Below are positions 1 through 10,110 of a stretch of 64,000 bases of DNA, in pieces. The stretch covers positions 62,001 to 126,000 of IMG/VR virus record IMGVR_UViG_3300042895_001344. One strand, 5' to 3'. A program made the translations under genes and the position numbers. The notes below the pieces were generated by a model. The model searched no databases, had not been told where the DNA came from, and worked only from the letters and a program-made list of their open reading frames with translations. Within the stretch, counting starts at the first letter, position 1. Every line of letters begins with the position of its first letter.

Positions 1-510
1 TAGATCCTGATGTACCTGCTGTTCCTGAAGATCCTGAAGATCCTGAAGTACCACTAGATCCGTTAGAACCTGAAGAACCACTTGTTCCTGCTGTTCCTGA
101 TGAACCACTAGATCCTGATGTTCCTGATGAACCACTAGATCCTGATGTTCCTGTTGATCCTGAAGAACCATCACTACCACTAGATCCTGATGTACCTGCT
201 GTTCCTGAAGATCCTGAAGATCCTGAAGTACCACTAGATCCGTTAGACCCACTAGAACCTGATGAACCATCACTACCACTTGTTCCTGATGTACCTGCAG
301 TTCCTGAAGATCCTGAAGATCCTGAAGTTCCTGATGAACCGTTAGACCCACTAGAACCTGATGAACCTGAAGTTCCCGCAGTTCCTGAAGAACCACTAGA
401 TCCTGATGTACCCGCAGATCCTGATGAACCTGAAGAACCACTAGATCCTGAAGTACCAGCTGTTCCTGATGAACCACTAGATCCTGATGAACCTGAAGTT
501 CCTGAACTAT
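1..510 (-). repeat. 9-nt-period degenerate repeat encoding (GSS/GTS/GSD/GSN)n
   Basis: Recurring gatcctgaa/gaaccacta/gttcctgat units. Confidence 0.9.
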
Positions 511-982
511 TTGATGTATATTCAGAACCGTTTATAAATAAACTTCCTGTAACATTAATTGAACCACTAACGTTAACTTGACTACCAAACGTTGCTGTTG
601 TACCTGTTAAATTAGTAATTGTAACACCACTGATAGTATTACCTTCAATGTTACCAACCAAATTCATGGTTGTATTACCAGCAATACCGGTGTCTAATAT
701 ATATAATTTCTTTTCGGCAGTAGCGTAGAATGGTACACCATCTAAACCTGAACCATATGTACCAGCAGCAATTGATGGTGCGTTTGCTCCTTGATAAATC
801 TTGGATGCTGCCCTAAATGCTCCTGCAACTCCTTCATCCGATAATTCCGGAGAACCAATAAATATAAAAGGTCCTTGTAAATTACCAATCGAACCGGTTG
901 CGATGATTAATTCACCGTTTCTTGCCGTTGTGTTTTTGAGGGTTGATATCGAACCCCTCCTGTGTTTAATGATTTGTGCCAT
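1..982 (-). CDS. Partial (runs off window start) fibre-like virion protein with G-S/T-S repeats
   Basis: Not in the ORF track. ATG at 982-980 gives MAQIIKHRRGSISTLKNTTARNGELIIATGS..., an N-terminus typical of phage fibre proteins. The frame stays open into SGTSGSSG repeats to position 1. TATTTATA motif upstream. Confidence 0.85.
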   Translation of the reverse strand, partial: MAQIIKHRRGSISTLKNTTARNGELIIATGSIGNLQGPFIFIGSPELSDEGVAGAFRAASKIYQGANAPSIAAGTYGSGLDGVPFYATAEKKLYILDTGIAGNTTMNLVGNIEGNTISGVTITNLTGTTATFGSQVNVSGSINVTGSLFINGSEYTSNSSGTSGSSGSSGSSGTAGTSGSSGSSGSSGSAGTSGSSGSSGTAGTSGSSGSSGSNGSSGTSGSSGSSGTAGTSGTSGSDGSSGSSGSNGSSGTSGSSGSSGTAGTSGSSGSDGSSGSTGTSGSSGSSGTSGSSGSSGTAGTSGSSGSNGSSGTSGSSGSSGTAGTSGS

Positions 983-1003
983 CTACTTTGTGTTTGTTTA
1001 GTT

Positions 1004-1011
1004 TATAAATA
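1004..1011 (-). promoter_or_regulatory. TATTTATA candidate late promoter
   Basis: 21 nt upstream of ATG 982; the motif recurs before many structural genes. Confidence 0.55.
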
Positions 1012-1080
1012 CTTAATTTTTACCAATCTTCGAGTTATTTCTATCTATTTGTAATATATTTTTATTATTAATTTGTTTTT

Positions 1081-4000
1081 TTAAAAACCACCTAAATCCA
1101 ATACAATATTATTTTGTTCTTGTGTTATTACGTTTTGTCCTCCCATTGATATTGAAGCAGAGATAATTTGTGATTGAATTTGAGCTTGCATCATTGCCAT
1201 TGCACCTGATATAATAAGTGATTCTCTTAATGGATCAGTTGATGTTAATGTTGTTGTTCCACGTACTGTTAAATCTCCATCAATAATAACTGAACCTGTT
1301 GTACGTAATGAACCTGTAAAATCATGTTTATCATCTAATGTATCACCGAACTTTGTTGACCCTGATTGATAAAGTATTGAAGATGTTACATAATCAATAC
1401 GTAATTCTTTTGCTGTGATTGTACCATCAATTACTACATCTGTATTAACTTTTAATTTTCCATCAGCTAATGATGCACTTACACTACCACTAACAATTCT
1501 ATCTAAGTTAAGTCCTGTAATTCCTGATGATGGGATATTATATAATCCTGCACCATCACCTGTAAATGAACCGCTAATTGTTCCGTTATTTACAGTTAAA
1601 TCACCTGTGTTAATTTCTAAATCACTATTTGTTAAATCAACAAGACCATTGAAAACATGTAAATTAGATCCACTTGTTAAATACAATGATGAACTGTCGG
1701 TCATTATTGTATTACTATCGGTAATTCCTAATTGAGATGTAATATTTAACGATCCCGTTATTTCTACATCATTTGTTGTCGTCCATGTGCCAGGTGTTGT
1801 TTCGGCAAATAAACTATCTCCGCTAGATCCTGATGTTCCACTTGTTCCCGATGTTCCACTTGTTCCTGATGTACCTGCAGTTCCTGATGAACCTGAAGTT
1901 CCGCTTGTTCCAGCCGAACCCGATGAACCACTAGTACCTGATGAACCATTACCACCGACAGTAGCAATTACTGTACCTGTTTGAGCCTCGTTAAAATATA
2001 CTTTTAAGTTATTACTATCAATAACTTCAATCTCTGTTGGGATTACTACTTTATCACTTGCATCAAATACGTTAATTGCAGGATATTTGTATCCTAAATT
2101 GTGATTGAATGACCATGTTGTTGAAGCTGAGGATACATTTAATGTTTTAGTTTGACCTGAAACAATAACTGCGTTTTCTGCATATATCGCGTATGATGAT
2201 GTTCCTGCAAATTGTGATGTATTTGAACCTGTATATGTGTTAAACGCCGATTCATCTAATTTACCGGTACCAATTGCTTGTCCGTTTAATGTTATTGAAC
2301 CTGTTATATTAACTGAACCCGTAAAATTATGTGTATCGTCTAAAGTATCTCCGAATTTGGTGGAACCTGATGTATATAAAACTGAAGAGGTTACATAATC
2401 AATGTGTAATTCTTTCGCGGTCAAAATACCATCAACATATAATGATCCTGTAATTGATGTATTGGTGTTAATATGTAAACCATCTAAATCAATAGATGCT
2501 GTATTACTACCACTACTAATTAAATTTAATTGTAAACCTGTAACTCCTGATGCTGGTATGTTAATTAAATTACTACCATCACCATAAATGTAAGCTCCAC
2601 TTATTATTCCACCGTCAACATATATGTTTGAACCACTCGTCATGTATAATGACGAACTATCTGTCATTATAATATTAGCATCAACAACTCCTAATTGGGA
2701 AGTTATTGATAATGATCCAGTAATTTCTACGTCATTTGTTGTTGCCCAAACGCTACCCGTTAGAGCAAATAAACTATCCCCTGAAGTACCATCCGAACCT
2801 GAAGAACCCGATGTACCTGAAGTACCACTTGTACCTGAAGTTCCGTCTGAACCACTAGTTCCTGAAGTACCACTTGTACCATCAGAACCACTAGATCCTG
2901 AAGTACCACTTGTACCATCGCTACCTGAAGAACCTGATGTACCCGCACTACCACTTGTACCTGACGTACCATCACTACCTGAAGTACCCGCAGTTCCTGA
3001 AGAACCATCTGAACCCGATGTACCCGCAGTTCCTGAAGAACCACTAGTTCCTGATGAACCGTCTGAACCTGAAGTACCACTAGATCCGTTTGATCCTGAT
3101 GAACCACTAGTTCCTGATGAACCATCTGTACCGTCAACACCTGATATACCCGAAGTACCATCACTACCTGAAGAACCGCTAGTACCACTAGATCCGTTCG
3201 AACCTGAAGAACCACTAGTTCCTGATGTACCATCAGAACCACTAGATCCTGAAGTACCTGAAGATCCTGATGTACCATCACTACCACTAGAACCTGAAGA
3301 TCCATCTGAACCACTTGAACCTGAAGATCCTGAAGAACCTGAAGAACCATCCGATCCACTAGATCCTGAAGAACCTGAAGATCCTGATGTACCATCACTA
3401 CCACTAGATCCTGATGAACCTGATGTACCATCACTACCACTTGTTCCGGATGTCATTGCTGAGAAAGAAACTCCGTCTATTGAAAGACTACCACTTACAA
3501 TATTAACTGATCCTGATATAAAAACCGAACCCGTAAACTCGTGTGTGTCGTCCGATGTATTACCAAATTTATTTGAACCTGATGTGTAAAGAACTGATGA
3601 CGTTACATAATTAATATTTAATTGTTTTGCGGTTAATATACCATCAATATACGTGTCTCCATTAACCCTGAATGTTCCATCGGATTGAATAGACGCACTT
3701 ACCGAACCACTTACTATTTGATTTAGTGCTAAATTTGTTACACCACTTGCCGGTATATTATATAATCCCGCACCATCACCAAAGAAAGCTGCAGTAACAA
3801 AACCACCATTTTCAACAATGATATTACTACCACTTGTTAATATAAGTGATGAACTGTCAGTTAAAAATAAACTTGAATCAAATACACCTGAACCGTTGGA
3901 TACTATTAATGAACCCGTAATAGATGTGTTGGTGTTAATATTAAATCCATCTAAACTAACCGAAGCCGTATTACTACCACTTGTAATTTTATTTAATTCT

Positions 4001-6309
4001 AATCCTGTTACACCTGAAGCTGGAATATTATATAATCCCGCACCATCACCAAAGAAGGCGGCAGTAATGTAACCACCATTTTCTATAATGATATTACTAC
4101 CACTATTTAAAACCATTGAACTACTATCAGTCAAATACAAGAAAGAATTAACCGCATTAGTACCTTGACTAACAGTTAATGAACCTGTAATAGATGTATC
4201 AGTATTAATATTAAATCCATCTAAATTAATTGAAGCAGTATTACTACCACTTGTGATTTGATTTAACTGTAAACCTGTTACTCCTGATGCTGGAATATTA
4301 ATTAAGTTTGAACCGTCTCCGTAGATATAGGCTCCACTTATTATTCCTCCATCTACATATATGTTTGAACCACTAGTAAGATAAAGCGATGAACTATCCG
4401 TCATTATGATATTACTATCTGTAATACCTAATTGAGAAGTTATACTTAAACTACCTGTAATTTCAATATCATTTGTTGTTGCCCATACTGAACCAGTAAG
4501 TGCAAATAAACTATCCCCTGAAGAACCATCTGATCCACTTGAACCTGAAGATCCTGATGTACCATCACTACCACTAGAACCTGAAGAACCATCCGATCCA
4601 CTAGAACCTGAAGATCCTGAAGAACCTGAAGAACCATCTGAACCAGAAGAACCTGATGTACCATCACTACCACTAGAACCTGAAGAACCATCTGATCCAC
4701 TTGAACCTGAAGATCCTGATGTACCATCACTACCACTTGAACCTGAAGAACCATCTGTTCCGTCAATTCCTGATATTCCTGAAGAACCTGAAGAACCATC
4801 TGAACCACTTGTACCGCTAGATCCGTTAGAACCTGATGTACCATCTGAACCACTTGTTCCTGAACTACCATTACTACCACTTGTACCATCGGAACCTGAT
4901 GTTCCTGAAGTCATCGCTGAGAATGAAACTCCGTCTATTATTAAACTACCACTTGAAATATTAACTGAACCACTGATAAACAATGAACCCGTAAACTCGT
5001 GCGTATCATCCGATGTATTACCAAATTTATTTGAACCTGATGTATAAAGAATTGAGGAACTTACATAATCAATATTTAATTGTTTTGCGGTAATAATACC
5101 ATCAACATTTAACGAACCTGTAATCTGTACGTCATTTGTTGTTGCCCAAAAAGATCCTGTTTGTGCAAATAAACTATCTCCTGATGTACCATCAGAACCA
5201 CTTGTACCGCTAGATCCGTTAGAACCTGATGTACCATCAGAACCACTTGTACCTGATGTACCATCTGTTCCGTCAACTCCACTTATACCACTAGAACCTG
5301 AAGAACCGTCTGATCCGTTAGAACCTGATGTACCATCTGAACCACTTGTACCATCAGAACCTGATGTACCATCTGAACCACTAGTTCCACTTGTTCCTGC
5401 GGTTCCCGCTGAACCTGAACCTCCACCACTTGTTTGACCACCAATTAATGAACCTGTGGTATCACTAATCTTAATGTAAATTGGTAGTGGATTTGTTGCC
5501 GGTTTTACATTCGTTACATAAGATGTATTTGATGCAGTTGCATCGTAATATAATATATCACCAATTGAAAATCCTGTTAATGTTAATCCCCCTTTGATTT
5601 CACCAAATGGTTTAACTGCCATGTTTCCATCTTCAGGTTCATTTACTGACGTAACAATACCAAAAGATTTTTCAACTTGAGTTGCGTTTGTTGTGTCAAC
5701 TAATTGAAATGTTCCTGTTGAATCTAAATAAACTATTTGATTAACACTATAACCTGTATTATAAACTAAATTAGTATCGTTATTGTTGTAATATGTTGTT
5801 GTTAAATTTCTATATTGAAATTTTGCATACATGTCATTAACAAAATAGTTAATGTCAGGTAAATAAGGTTGTAACAATTGTAATCCACTTAATATTGGAT
5901 CTCCGTCATCGGATAAATAAAATAATAATCCGTTATTACCTTCGCTAGGGGTATTAAAACCACTAAATGAAGTGTCGGATAATATATTATATAAACCAAC
6001 ATCTTTTAAAACAACATCAATTTCCGTTGCACTTGTTGGTGTTGATGTACTTATAATTTTATAAGATGCGCCGTTACTACTTTGACCAAACCACATTCCT
6101 TCATTTACAAAATATGCATCATACATAAATTGATTTGGTGTAATTCTATCGTCAGAAGTGAGTGTTGCGGTTACTTGTAATGTACAATTAAATGTATATC
6201 CATATCCATGGTAAGTACTTCCAGTATTATTATAAAATGTACTAGTAGTAATACTACCAGGTTTTATATTAGCAACTAATGTAATTGGTAATGATTCTAA
6301 TCTTGCCAT
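1081..6309 (-). CDS. 1742-aa modular fibre protein (Gly-X-Y Ser/Thr tracts, duplicated shaft modules, HNLG domain)
   Basis: Four GSS/GTS tracts; four copies of AK(Q/E)LxIxYVxSSxLYxSGSxKFGxTxDDxHxFTGS; five GDGxxLxNIPxSGxTxL modules; C-terminal DLGGF. Confidence 0.8.
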   Translation of the reverse strand: MARLESLPITLVANIKPGSITTSTFYNNTGSTYHGYGYTFNCTLQVTATLTSDDRITPNQFMYDAYFVNEGMWFGQSSNGASYKIISTSTPTSATEIDVVLKDVGLYNILSDTSFSGFNTPSEGNNGLLFYLSDDGDPILSGLQLLQPYLPDINYFVNDMYAKFQYRNLTTTYYNNNDTNLVYNTGYSVNQIVYLDSTGTFQLVDTTNATQVEKSFGIVTSVNEPEDGNMAVKPFGEIKGGLTLTGFSIGDILYYDATASNTSYVTNVKPATNPLPIYIKISDTTGSLIGGQTSGGGSGSAGTAGTSGTSGSDGTSGSDGTSGSDGTSGSNGSDGSSGSSGISGVDGTDGTSGTSGSDGTSGSNGSSGTSGSDGTSGDSLFAQTGSFWATTNDVQITGSLNVDGIITAKQLNIDYVSSSILYTSGSNKFGNTSDDTHEFTGSLFISGSVNISSGSLIIDGVSFSAMTSGTSGSDGTSGSNGSSGTSGSDGTSGSNGSSGTSGSDGSSGSSGISGIDGTDGSSGSSGSDGTSGSSGSSGSDGSSGSSGSDGTSGSSGSDGSSGSSGSSGSSGSDGSSGSSGSDGTSGSSGSSGSDGSSGDSLFALTGSVWATTNDIEITGSLSITSQLGITDSNIIMTDSSSLYLTSGSNIYVDGGIISGAYIYGDGSNLINIPASGVTGLQLNQITSGSNTASINLDGFNINTDTSITGSLTVSQGTNAVNSFLYLTDSSSMVLNSGSNIIIENGGYITAAFFGDGAGLYNIPASGVTGLELNKITSGSNTASVSLDGFNINTNTSITGSLIVSNGSGVFDSSLFLTDSSSLILTSGSNIIVENGGFVTAAFFGDGAGLYNIPASGVTNLALNQIVSGSVSASIQSDGTFRVNGDTYIDGILTAKQLNINYVTSSVLYTSGSNKFGNTSDDTHEFTGSVFISGSVNIVSGSLSIDGVSFSAMTSGTSGSDGTSGSSGSSGSDGTSGSSGSSGSSGSDGSSGSSGSSGSSGSDGSSGSSGSDGTSGSSGTSGSSGSDGTSGTSGSSGSNGSSGTSGSSGSDGTSGISGVDGTDGSSGTSGSSGSNGSSGTSGSDGSSGTSGSSGTAGTSGSDGSSGTAGTSGSDGTSGTSGSAGTSGSSGSDGTSGTSGSSGSDGTSGTSGTSGSDGTSGTSGTSGTSGSSGSDGTSGDSLFALTGSVWATTNDVEITGSLSITSQLGVVDANIIMTDSSSLYMTSGSNIYVDGGIISGAYIYGDGSNLINIPASGVTGLQLNLISSGSNTASIDLDGLHINTNTSITGSLYVDGILTAKELHIDYVTSSVLYTSGSTKFGDTLDDTHNFTGSVNITGSITLNGQAIGTGKLDESAFNTYTGSNTSQFAGTSSYAIYAENAVIVSGQTKTLNVSSASTTWSFNHNLGYKYPAINVFDASDKVVIPTEIEVIDSNNLKVYFNEAQTGTVIATVGGNGSSGTSGSSGSAGTSGTSGSSGTAGTSGTSGTSGTSGTSGSSGDSLFAETTPGTWTTTNDVEITGSLNITSQLGITDSNTIMTDSSSLYLTSGSNLHVFNGLVDLTNSDLEINTGDLTVNNGTISGSFTGDGAGLYNIPSSGITGLNLDRIVSGSVSASLADGKLKVNTDVVIDGTITAKELRIDYVTSSILYQSGSTKFGDTLDDKHDFTGSLRTTGSVIIDGDLTVRGTTTLTSTDPLRESLIISGAMAMMQAQIQSQIISASISMGGQNVITQEQNNIVLDLGGF
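2780..3450 (-). repeat. Longest Gly-X-Y (GSS/GTS/GSD) coding repeat tract, ~220 aa
   Basis: Glycine at every third residue; similar tracts at ~1820-1950, 4518-4910, 5180-5430, 6715-7150, 7560-7860. Confidence 0.9.
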
Positions 6310-6311
6310 TT

Positions 6312-8012
6312 TTATATATAAATATTATTTGTAGGTACTTGCCATGTTATGTATTGTACTACCGCACCCGTACCATATATACCAGTAAATCCTGTTCCTA
6401 ATGCCTTAAATGTCATTAAGGTTTTTGCTGCGTTTTGTACACAGACTGATTGGCCAGTTGATGTTCCTCCCATATTTCTACTTAAGAAATCTCCACCAAT
6501 AAGTTGTGAATGTGTCATAAAATTTATTCCCCATAGTCCTAATGGATGTGTTACACTTATTTCAGTTGCACTAACTCTTGTAAATGTCCAACCACCAGTA
6601 CCTGATGTTATAGTATTACCTAGTGGGTCGGTTGCCGCAGCAAAAGGACTCGCATCTAAACTACCTGCCGAATATGTTAATTTTAAAACATACACACCTC
6701 CACCACCCGCCGCCGATGTACCTGAAGAACCTGATGTACCCGATGTTCCCGTTGCACCACTTGTACCTGATGAACCCGCAGCACCTGAAGTACCACTAGA
6801 ACCATCAACACCTGATGTTCCCGATGATCCAGCAATACCTGAAGATCCACTAGATCCTGAAGTTCCCGAAGAACCTGTCGTTCCTGAACTACCATCTGAA
6901 CCACTTGTTCCTGAGGTACCCGATGAAAAACCTAAAGGTGATGTACCCGATGAACCTGAAGTTCCCGCACTACCTGATGTACCGTGTGAACCAGTTGCAC
7001 CCGTTGTACCCGATGTTCCACTTGAACCTGACGTTCCTGAAGTACCACTAGTTCCTGAAGTTCCGTCTGAACCTGATGTTCCACCACTTCCCGCAATACC
7101 TGATGTTCCACTTGATCCTGAAGAACCTGATGTACCACTTGTACCATTTGTACCTCCACCACCGCCACCAACTATAGTCACTCTAACATTACCCGCACCA
7201 ATATCTGTAACGGTTGCACCACTAAATATGATTTTATCTACTCCATTAATTAATGTTGATCCGTCACCGACTTTAAGTGTTGATGTTCCTCCTCCTTCTC
7301 CTCCACTTATTGAACTATATAAATTAATGGACCAACTATTGTGATCACTACCTCCTACATGTTCTAAAATTCTTATTATTAATTGTGTACCTGAATAACT
7401 TACAACACGTCCTATTAAATAATTTAATATATTACTTGCAGCAATTACAAGTTGACCCGTGGTATAAGATAAATTACTATCAACTGTGAAAGTAAGGTCT
7501 TCCCCATCGTGTTCGTCAATATCTGTAATGTATGTTGTTGATGATGTTTGATAAACATTTCCTGAAGTGCCTGATGTACCTGAAGTACCTCTTGCTCCCG
7601 ATGTACCCGAAGAACCACTTGTACCGTGATTACCCGCAATACCGCTTGTTCCTGAAGAACCACTAGATCCGTTTGATCCTGACGTTCCACTTATACCTGA
7701 AGATCCTGATGTTCCCGAAGTTCCTGAAGAACCTGTTAAACCTGAAGAACCACTTGTACCAGATGTACCACTAGTACCTCTTGCACCTGAAGATCCTGAA
7801 GATCCTGAAGATCCTGAAGTACCTGACAAACCTGAAGAACCTGATGTACCTGAAGATCCTGTGGTTAAATCAGTTAAACTTGTTCCTGAAACATATAAAT
7901 TATCTGCGTAGACCGCATTTAATGGAGTTGTGGATGAACCGAGATCAATTGTGGTACCTGGTGTGACGTTTTCCGTCTCAATCTGTGTCCAATTTATTCT
8001 TTGTAGTGCCAT
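6312..8012 (-). CDS. 566-aa fibre-like protein with two Gly-X-Y Ser/Thr tracts and a C-terminal globular (putative receptor-binding) domain
   Basis: GTSGSS tracts; beta-rich, Thr-rich flanks; adjacent to other fibre genes. Confidence 0.75.
   Translation of the reverse strand: MALQRINWTQIETENVTPGTTIDLGSSTTPLNAVYADNLYVSGTSLTDLTTGSSGTSGSSGLSGTSGSSGSSGSSGARGTSGTSGTSGSSGLTGSSGTSGTSGSSGISGTSGSNGSSGSSGTSGIAGNHGTSGSSGTSGARGTSGTSGTSGNVYQTSSTTYITDIDEHDGEDLTFTVDSNLSYTTGQLVIAASNILNYLIGRVVSYSGTQLIIRILEHVGGSDHNSWSINLYSSISGGEGGGTSTLKVGDGSTLINGVDKIIFSGATVTDIGAGNVRVTIVGGGGGGTNGTSGTSGSSGSSGTSGIAGSGGTSGSDGTSGTSGTSGTSGSSGTSGTTGATGSHGTSGSAGTSGSSGTSPLGFSSGTSGTSGSDGSSGTTGSSGTSGSSGSSGIAGSSGTSGVDGSSGTSGAAGSSGTSGATGTSGTSGSSGTSAAGGGGVYVLKLTYSAGSLDASPFAAATDPLGNTITSGTGGWTFTRVSATEISVTHPLGLWGINFMTHSQLIGGDFLSRNMGGTSTGQSVCVQNAAKTLMTFKALGTGFTGIYGTGAVVQYITWQVPTNNIYI
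6317..6324 (-). promoter_or_regulatory. TATTTATA candidate late promoter embedded in the last codons of the upstream gene
   Basis: 7 nt before ATG 6309. Confidence 0.5.
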
Positions 8013-8061
8013 GTAAAAGTAAAGTCTTTTACATAAATACTTTTATTCCACTAATAGGCAT

Positions 8062-8091
8062 AAAAAAAAGGGTTTCAAACCCTTTTTTTTT
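8062..8091. terminator. Intrinsic (bidirectional-looking) terminator
   Basis: AAAAAAAAGGGTTTCAAACCCTTTTTTTT inverted repeat right after the glutaredoxin stop. Confidence 0.8.
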
Positions 8092-8365
8092 ATAATGTGT
8101 ATTTTTTTATGATTTCAATACCTTCATCTCGATTATTAAAATCTTTTCCAGGTATAAAAACTAACCCTTCATCTGTGTTTTCTTTAGTAATATAGATAGT
8201 TGGAATTACATTTTGTTTTGTTTGTTCAACAACTTGGTTCCACACTTTTTTATTTTGACTTATCTCTATTTCATTAAATGATATTTGTAACTCATTTAAT
8301 TCTTTTTTAAGATCATGACAATGTCCACATCCGTTCATAGTAAACAATACTATATTGTTAGACAT
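8090..8365 (-). CDS. Glutaredoxin/NrdH-like redoxin
   Basis: CGHC active site, VIPTIYI cis-Pro motif. Confidence 0.85.
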   Translation of the reverse strand: MSNNIVLFTMNGCGHCHDLKKELNELQISFNEIEISQNKKVWNQVVEQTKQNVIPTIYITKENTDEGLVFIPGKDFNNRDEGIEIIKKYTL

Positions 8366-8368
8366 ATA

Positions 8369-8674
8369 TTATAATGTATCTAAAATTTTACTATATACAC
8401 TGTCAACGTTAGCCCCAACTGATCTGTTTATTAATGTATCCCCCTCGTAAATCATAATGGTAGGTACAGTATTAATACCTAACTCCATTACAGCGTCTTG
8501 GTTTTCATCAACATTTACTTTAACAAATGTAATATCTGAATATTTGTTAGATAAGTTAGATAATCTTGGTGTTAGTGCTCTACATGGTGAACACCAATCG
8601 GCTGTGTACTGAACTAATAATTTTTTTCCTTCTAATTGTAATTGTGCAACTTGTGCGGATGTTACGTATTCCAT
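8369..8674 (-). CDS. trxA: Thioredoxin
   Basis: ADWCSPC, FVKVNVDE, TVPT motifs. Confidence 0.9.
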   Translation of the reverse strand: MEYVTSAQVAQLQLEGKKLLVQYTADWCSPCRALTPRLSNLSNKYSDITFVKVNVDENQDAVMELGINTVPTIMIYEGDTLINRSVGANVDSVYSKILDTL

Positions 8675-8683
8675 TTTATAATT

Positions 8684-9766
8684 TTAAAATCCTATTTTAT
8701 TTCCTTTTGGGGATGTTTTATAGACTTCTGTGTCTATGTTATAAATATCAGCTAAAACCATACCTTCCTCAACTACTTGATTTTTTTCTAAATGTTTTAA
8801 TAATTTATTGGTTTCCTCCACCGATAACTTCTCAAACTTATGTTCGGCAATTAAACGACCCTTACGAAGTAGTGCTTGATCAATTTTCTCTCTCTTCATG
8901 TTGAAGGTTGCAATAACTTGAATATTTAAACAATCCCCCAAAATACCGTCAGTTAGATTAAGGATATTAGATACACCTGCCGGTGACCCGTTACCTTCAC
9001 GATCACTAATAACTCGTTCAGCATCCTCAATTATTAAAACTGAGTTTTTGTGGTCCATCAAGAATGGTATAATAGTTGGTTCAGATAACATCTCCGCCAT
9101 CGATGGTGGAATGAATAAAATATCTTTATCTTTAACCAAAGTAGTCAAATGTTTAATATAAGATGTCTTACCAGTACCAGGATCTCCGTGAAGTAAAATT
9201 ATCCCCTTATCGTTATTTTTATTCAATCTTTCAACAATAACCTCATGAATCTTATTAAAATCACTTCCATAATTTAATTCTAAATCTGTAGGTGGAACAT
9301 ATAAATCGTATTCTTCAGTATCTAAATGACCCATATCACTTTTAACAAGTTGAATATTCGCTTTCTTTTTTGCAACCTCATACTTTTTGAATACACTAAA
9401 ATCAATTTGTTCTTTAATACCTCCCTTTGTTCCATCGTAAGCAAATTCAATATGGACATGATTTTCTTTTGGTTCTTTATGTCCTCTACTTGACTTATAT
9501 GTTCTTACAAAAATTCCCGCAACATCATTCACAAATAAAGATTGTGTTGATGATTCATAAGTTTTAGATTTGATATTAATTTTTATAACTTCGGTGAACC
9601 CGTTCTTTTTTATTTCTTCAATAATATCAGGTTCATACAACAAACTTATATCCGTAAACTTTGATGGTAATTTGTCATACTTAATAACATAGTATTGTTC
9701 TGTTGGTATTTCATTTCCATAAACGGTATCGTAAATGGAATAATTAATTGGTAAATTCTTATTCAT
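8684..9766 (-). CDS. AAA+ ATPase
   Basis: Walker A GDPGTGKT, Walker B LIIEDAE, LNLTDG, SRH IDQALLRKGR. Confidence 0.9.
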   Translation of the reverse strand: MNKNLPINYSIYDTVYGNEIPTEQYYVIKYDKLPSKFTDISLLYEPDIIEEIKKNGFTEVIKINIKSKTYESSTQSLFVNDVAGIFVRTYKSSRGHKEPKENHVHIEFAYDGTKGGIKEQIDFSVFKKYEVAKKKANIQLVKSDMGHLDTEEYDLYVPPTDLELNYGSDFNKIHEVIVERLNKNNDKGIILLHGDPGTGKTSYIKHLTTLVKDKDILFIPPSMAEMLSEPTIIPFLMDHKNSVLIIEDAERVISDREGNGSPAGVSNILNLTDGILGDCLNIQVIATFNMKREKIDQALLRKGRLIAEHKFEKLSVEETNKLLKHLEKNQVVEEGMVLADIYNIDTEVYKTSPKGNKIGF

Positions 9767-9774
9767 ATAATATT

Positions 9775-10110
9775 TTAATTAAGACAAATTGAACCGAAAT
9801 TGGAGAATTCAATAAACACCCCATTATCGTAATCAAAGTCTTCTTTTTTAAATTGTATTCCGTTTTTAAATTTTGTTTTATTAATGACACTAATCGCCGC
9901 AATTGTTTTTCTTAATAATTCAAATTGTTCTCTGTCCAATGTTGCTGTTCCATTTTTTTCATAGTTCTTCTGTGCAATCTCAGTCATATGTTTGTAAAAC
10001 AATTCTTCATCTGAATTACTTAAAAAAAATTCTTTTGCTTCTAAATTGGTTTCAAAGTAATTTTTAACCGATTGAAGATATATTAAAACTTCAGGCGATA
10101 ATTTATCCAT
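9775..10110 (-). CDS. Hypothetical protein
   Basis: 111-aa ORF coupled to nusG. Confidence 0.7.
   Translation of the reverse strand: MDKLSPEVLIYLQSVKNYFETNLEAKEFFLSNSDEELFYKHMTEIAQKNYEKNGTATLDREQFELLRKTIAAISVINKTKFKNGIQFKKEDFDYDNGVFIEFSNFGSICLN

Noticed and set aside
801-1001. 66-aa + strand ORF
   Set aside because: Antisense to the real minus-strand fibre gene starting at 982.
2624-3589. Long + strand Pro/Glu-rich ORFs (also 6349-7344, 1787-1984) and alternative-frame minus ORFs (VLQVQ-type)
   Set aside because: Shadow frames of the Gly-Ser repeat codons, which lack stops in other frames.
2480-4520. Duplicated blocks as a DGR template/variable pair
   Set aside because: Differences are mostly synonymous third-position changes, not adenine-specific; both copies are in-frame in one gene; no reverse transcriptase in the window.
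1-7860. Repeat arrays as a possible CRISPR array
   Set aside because: 9-nt-period coding repeats without unique spacers; no cas genes.
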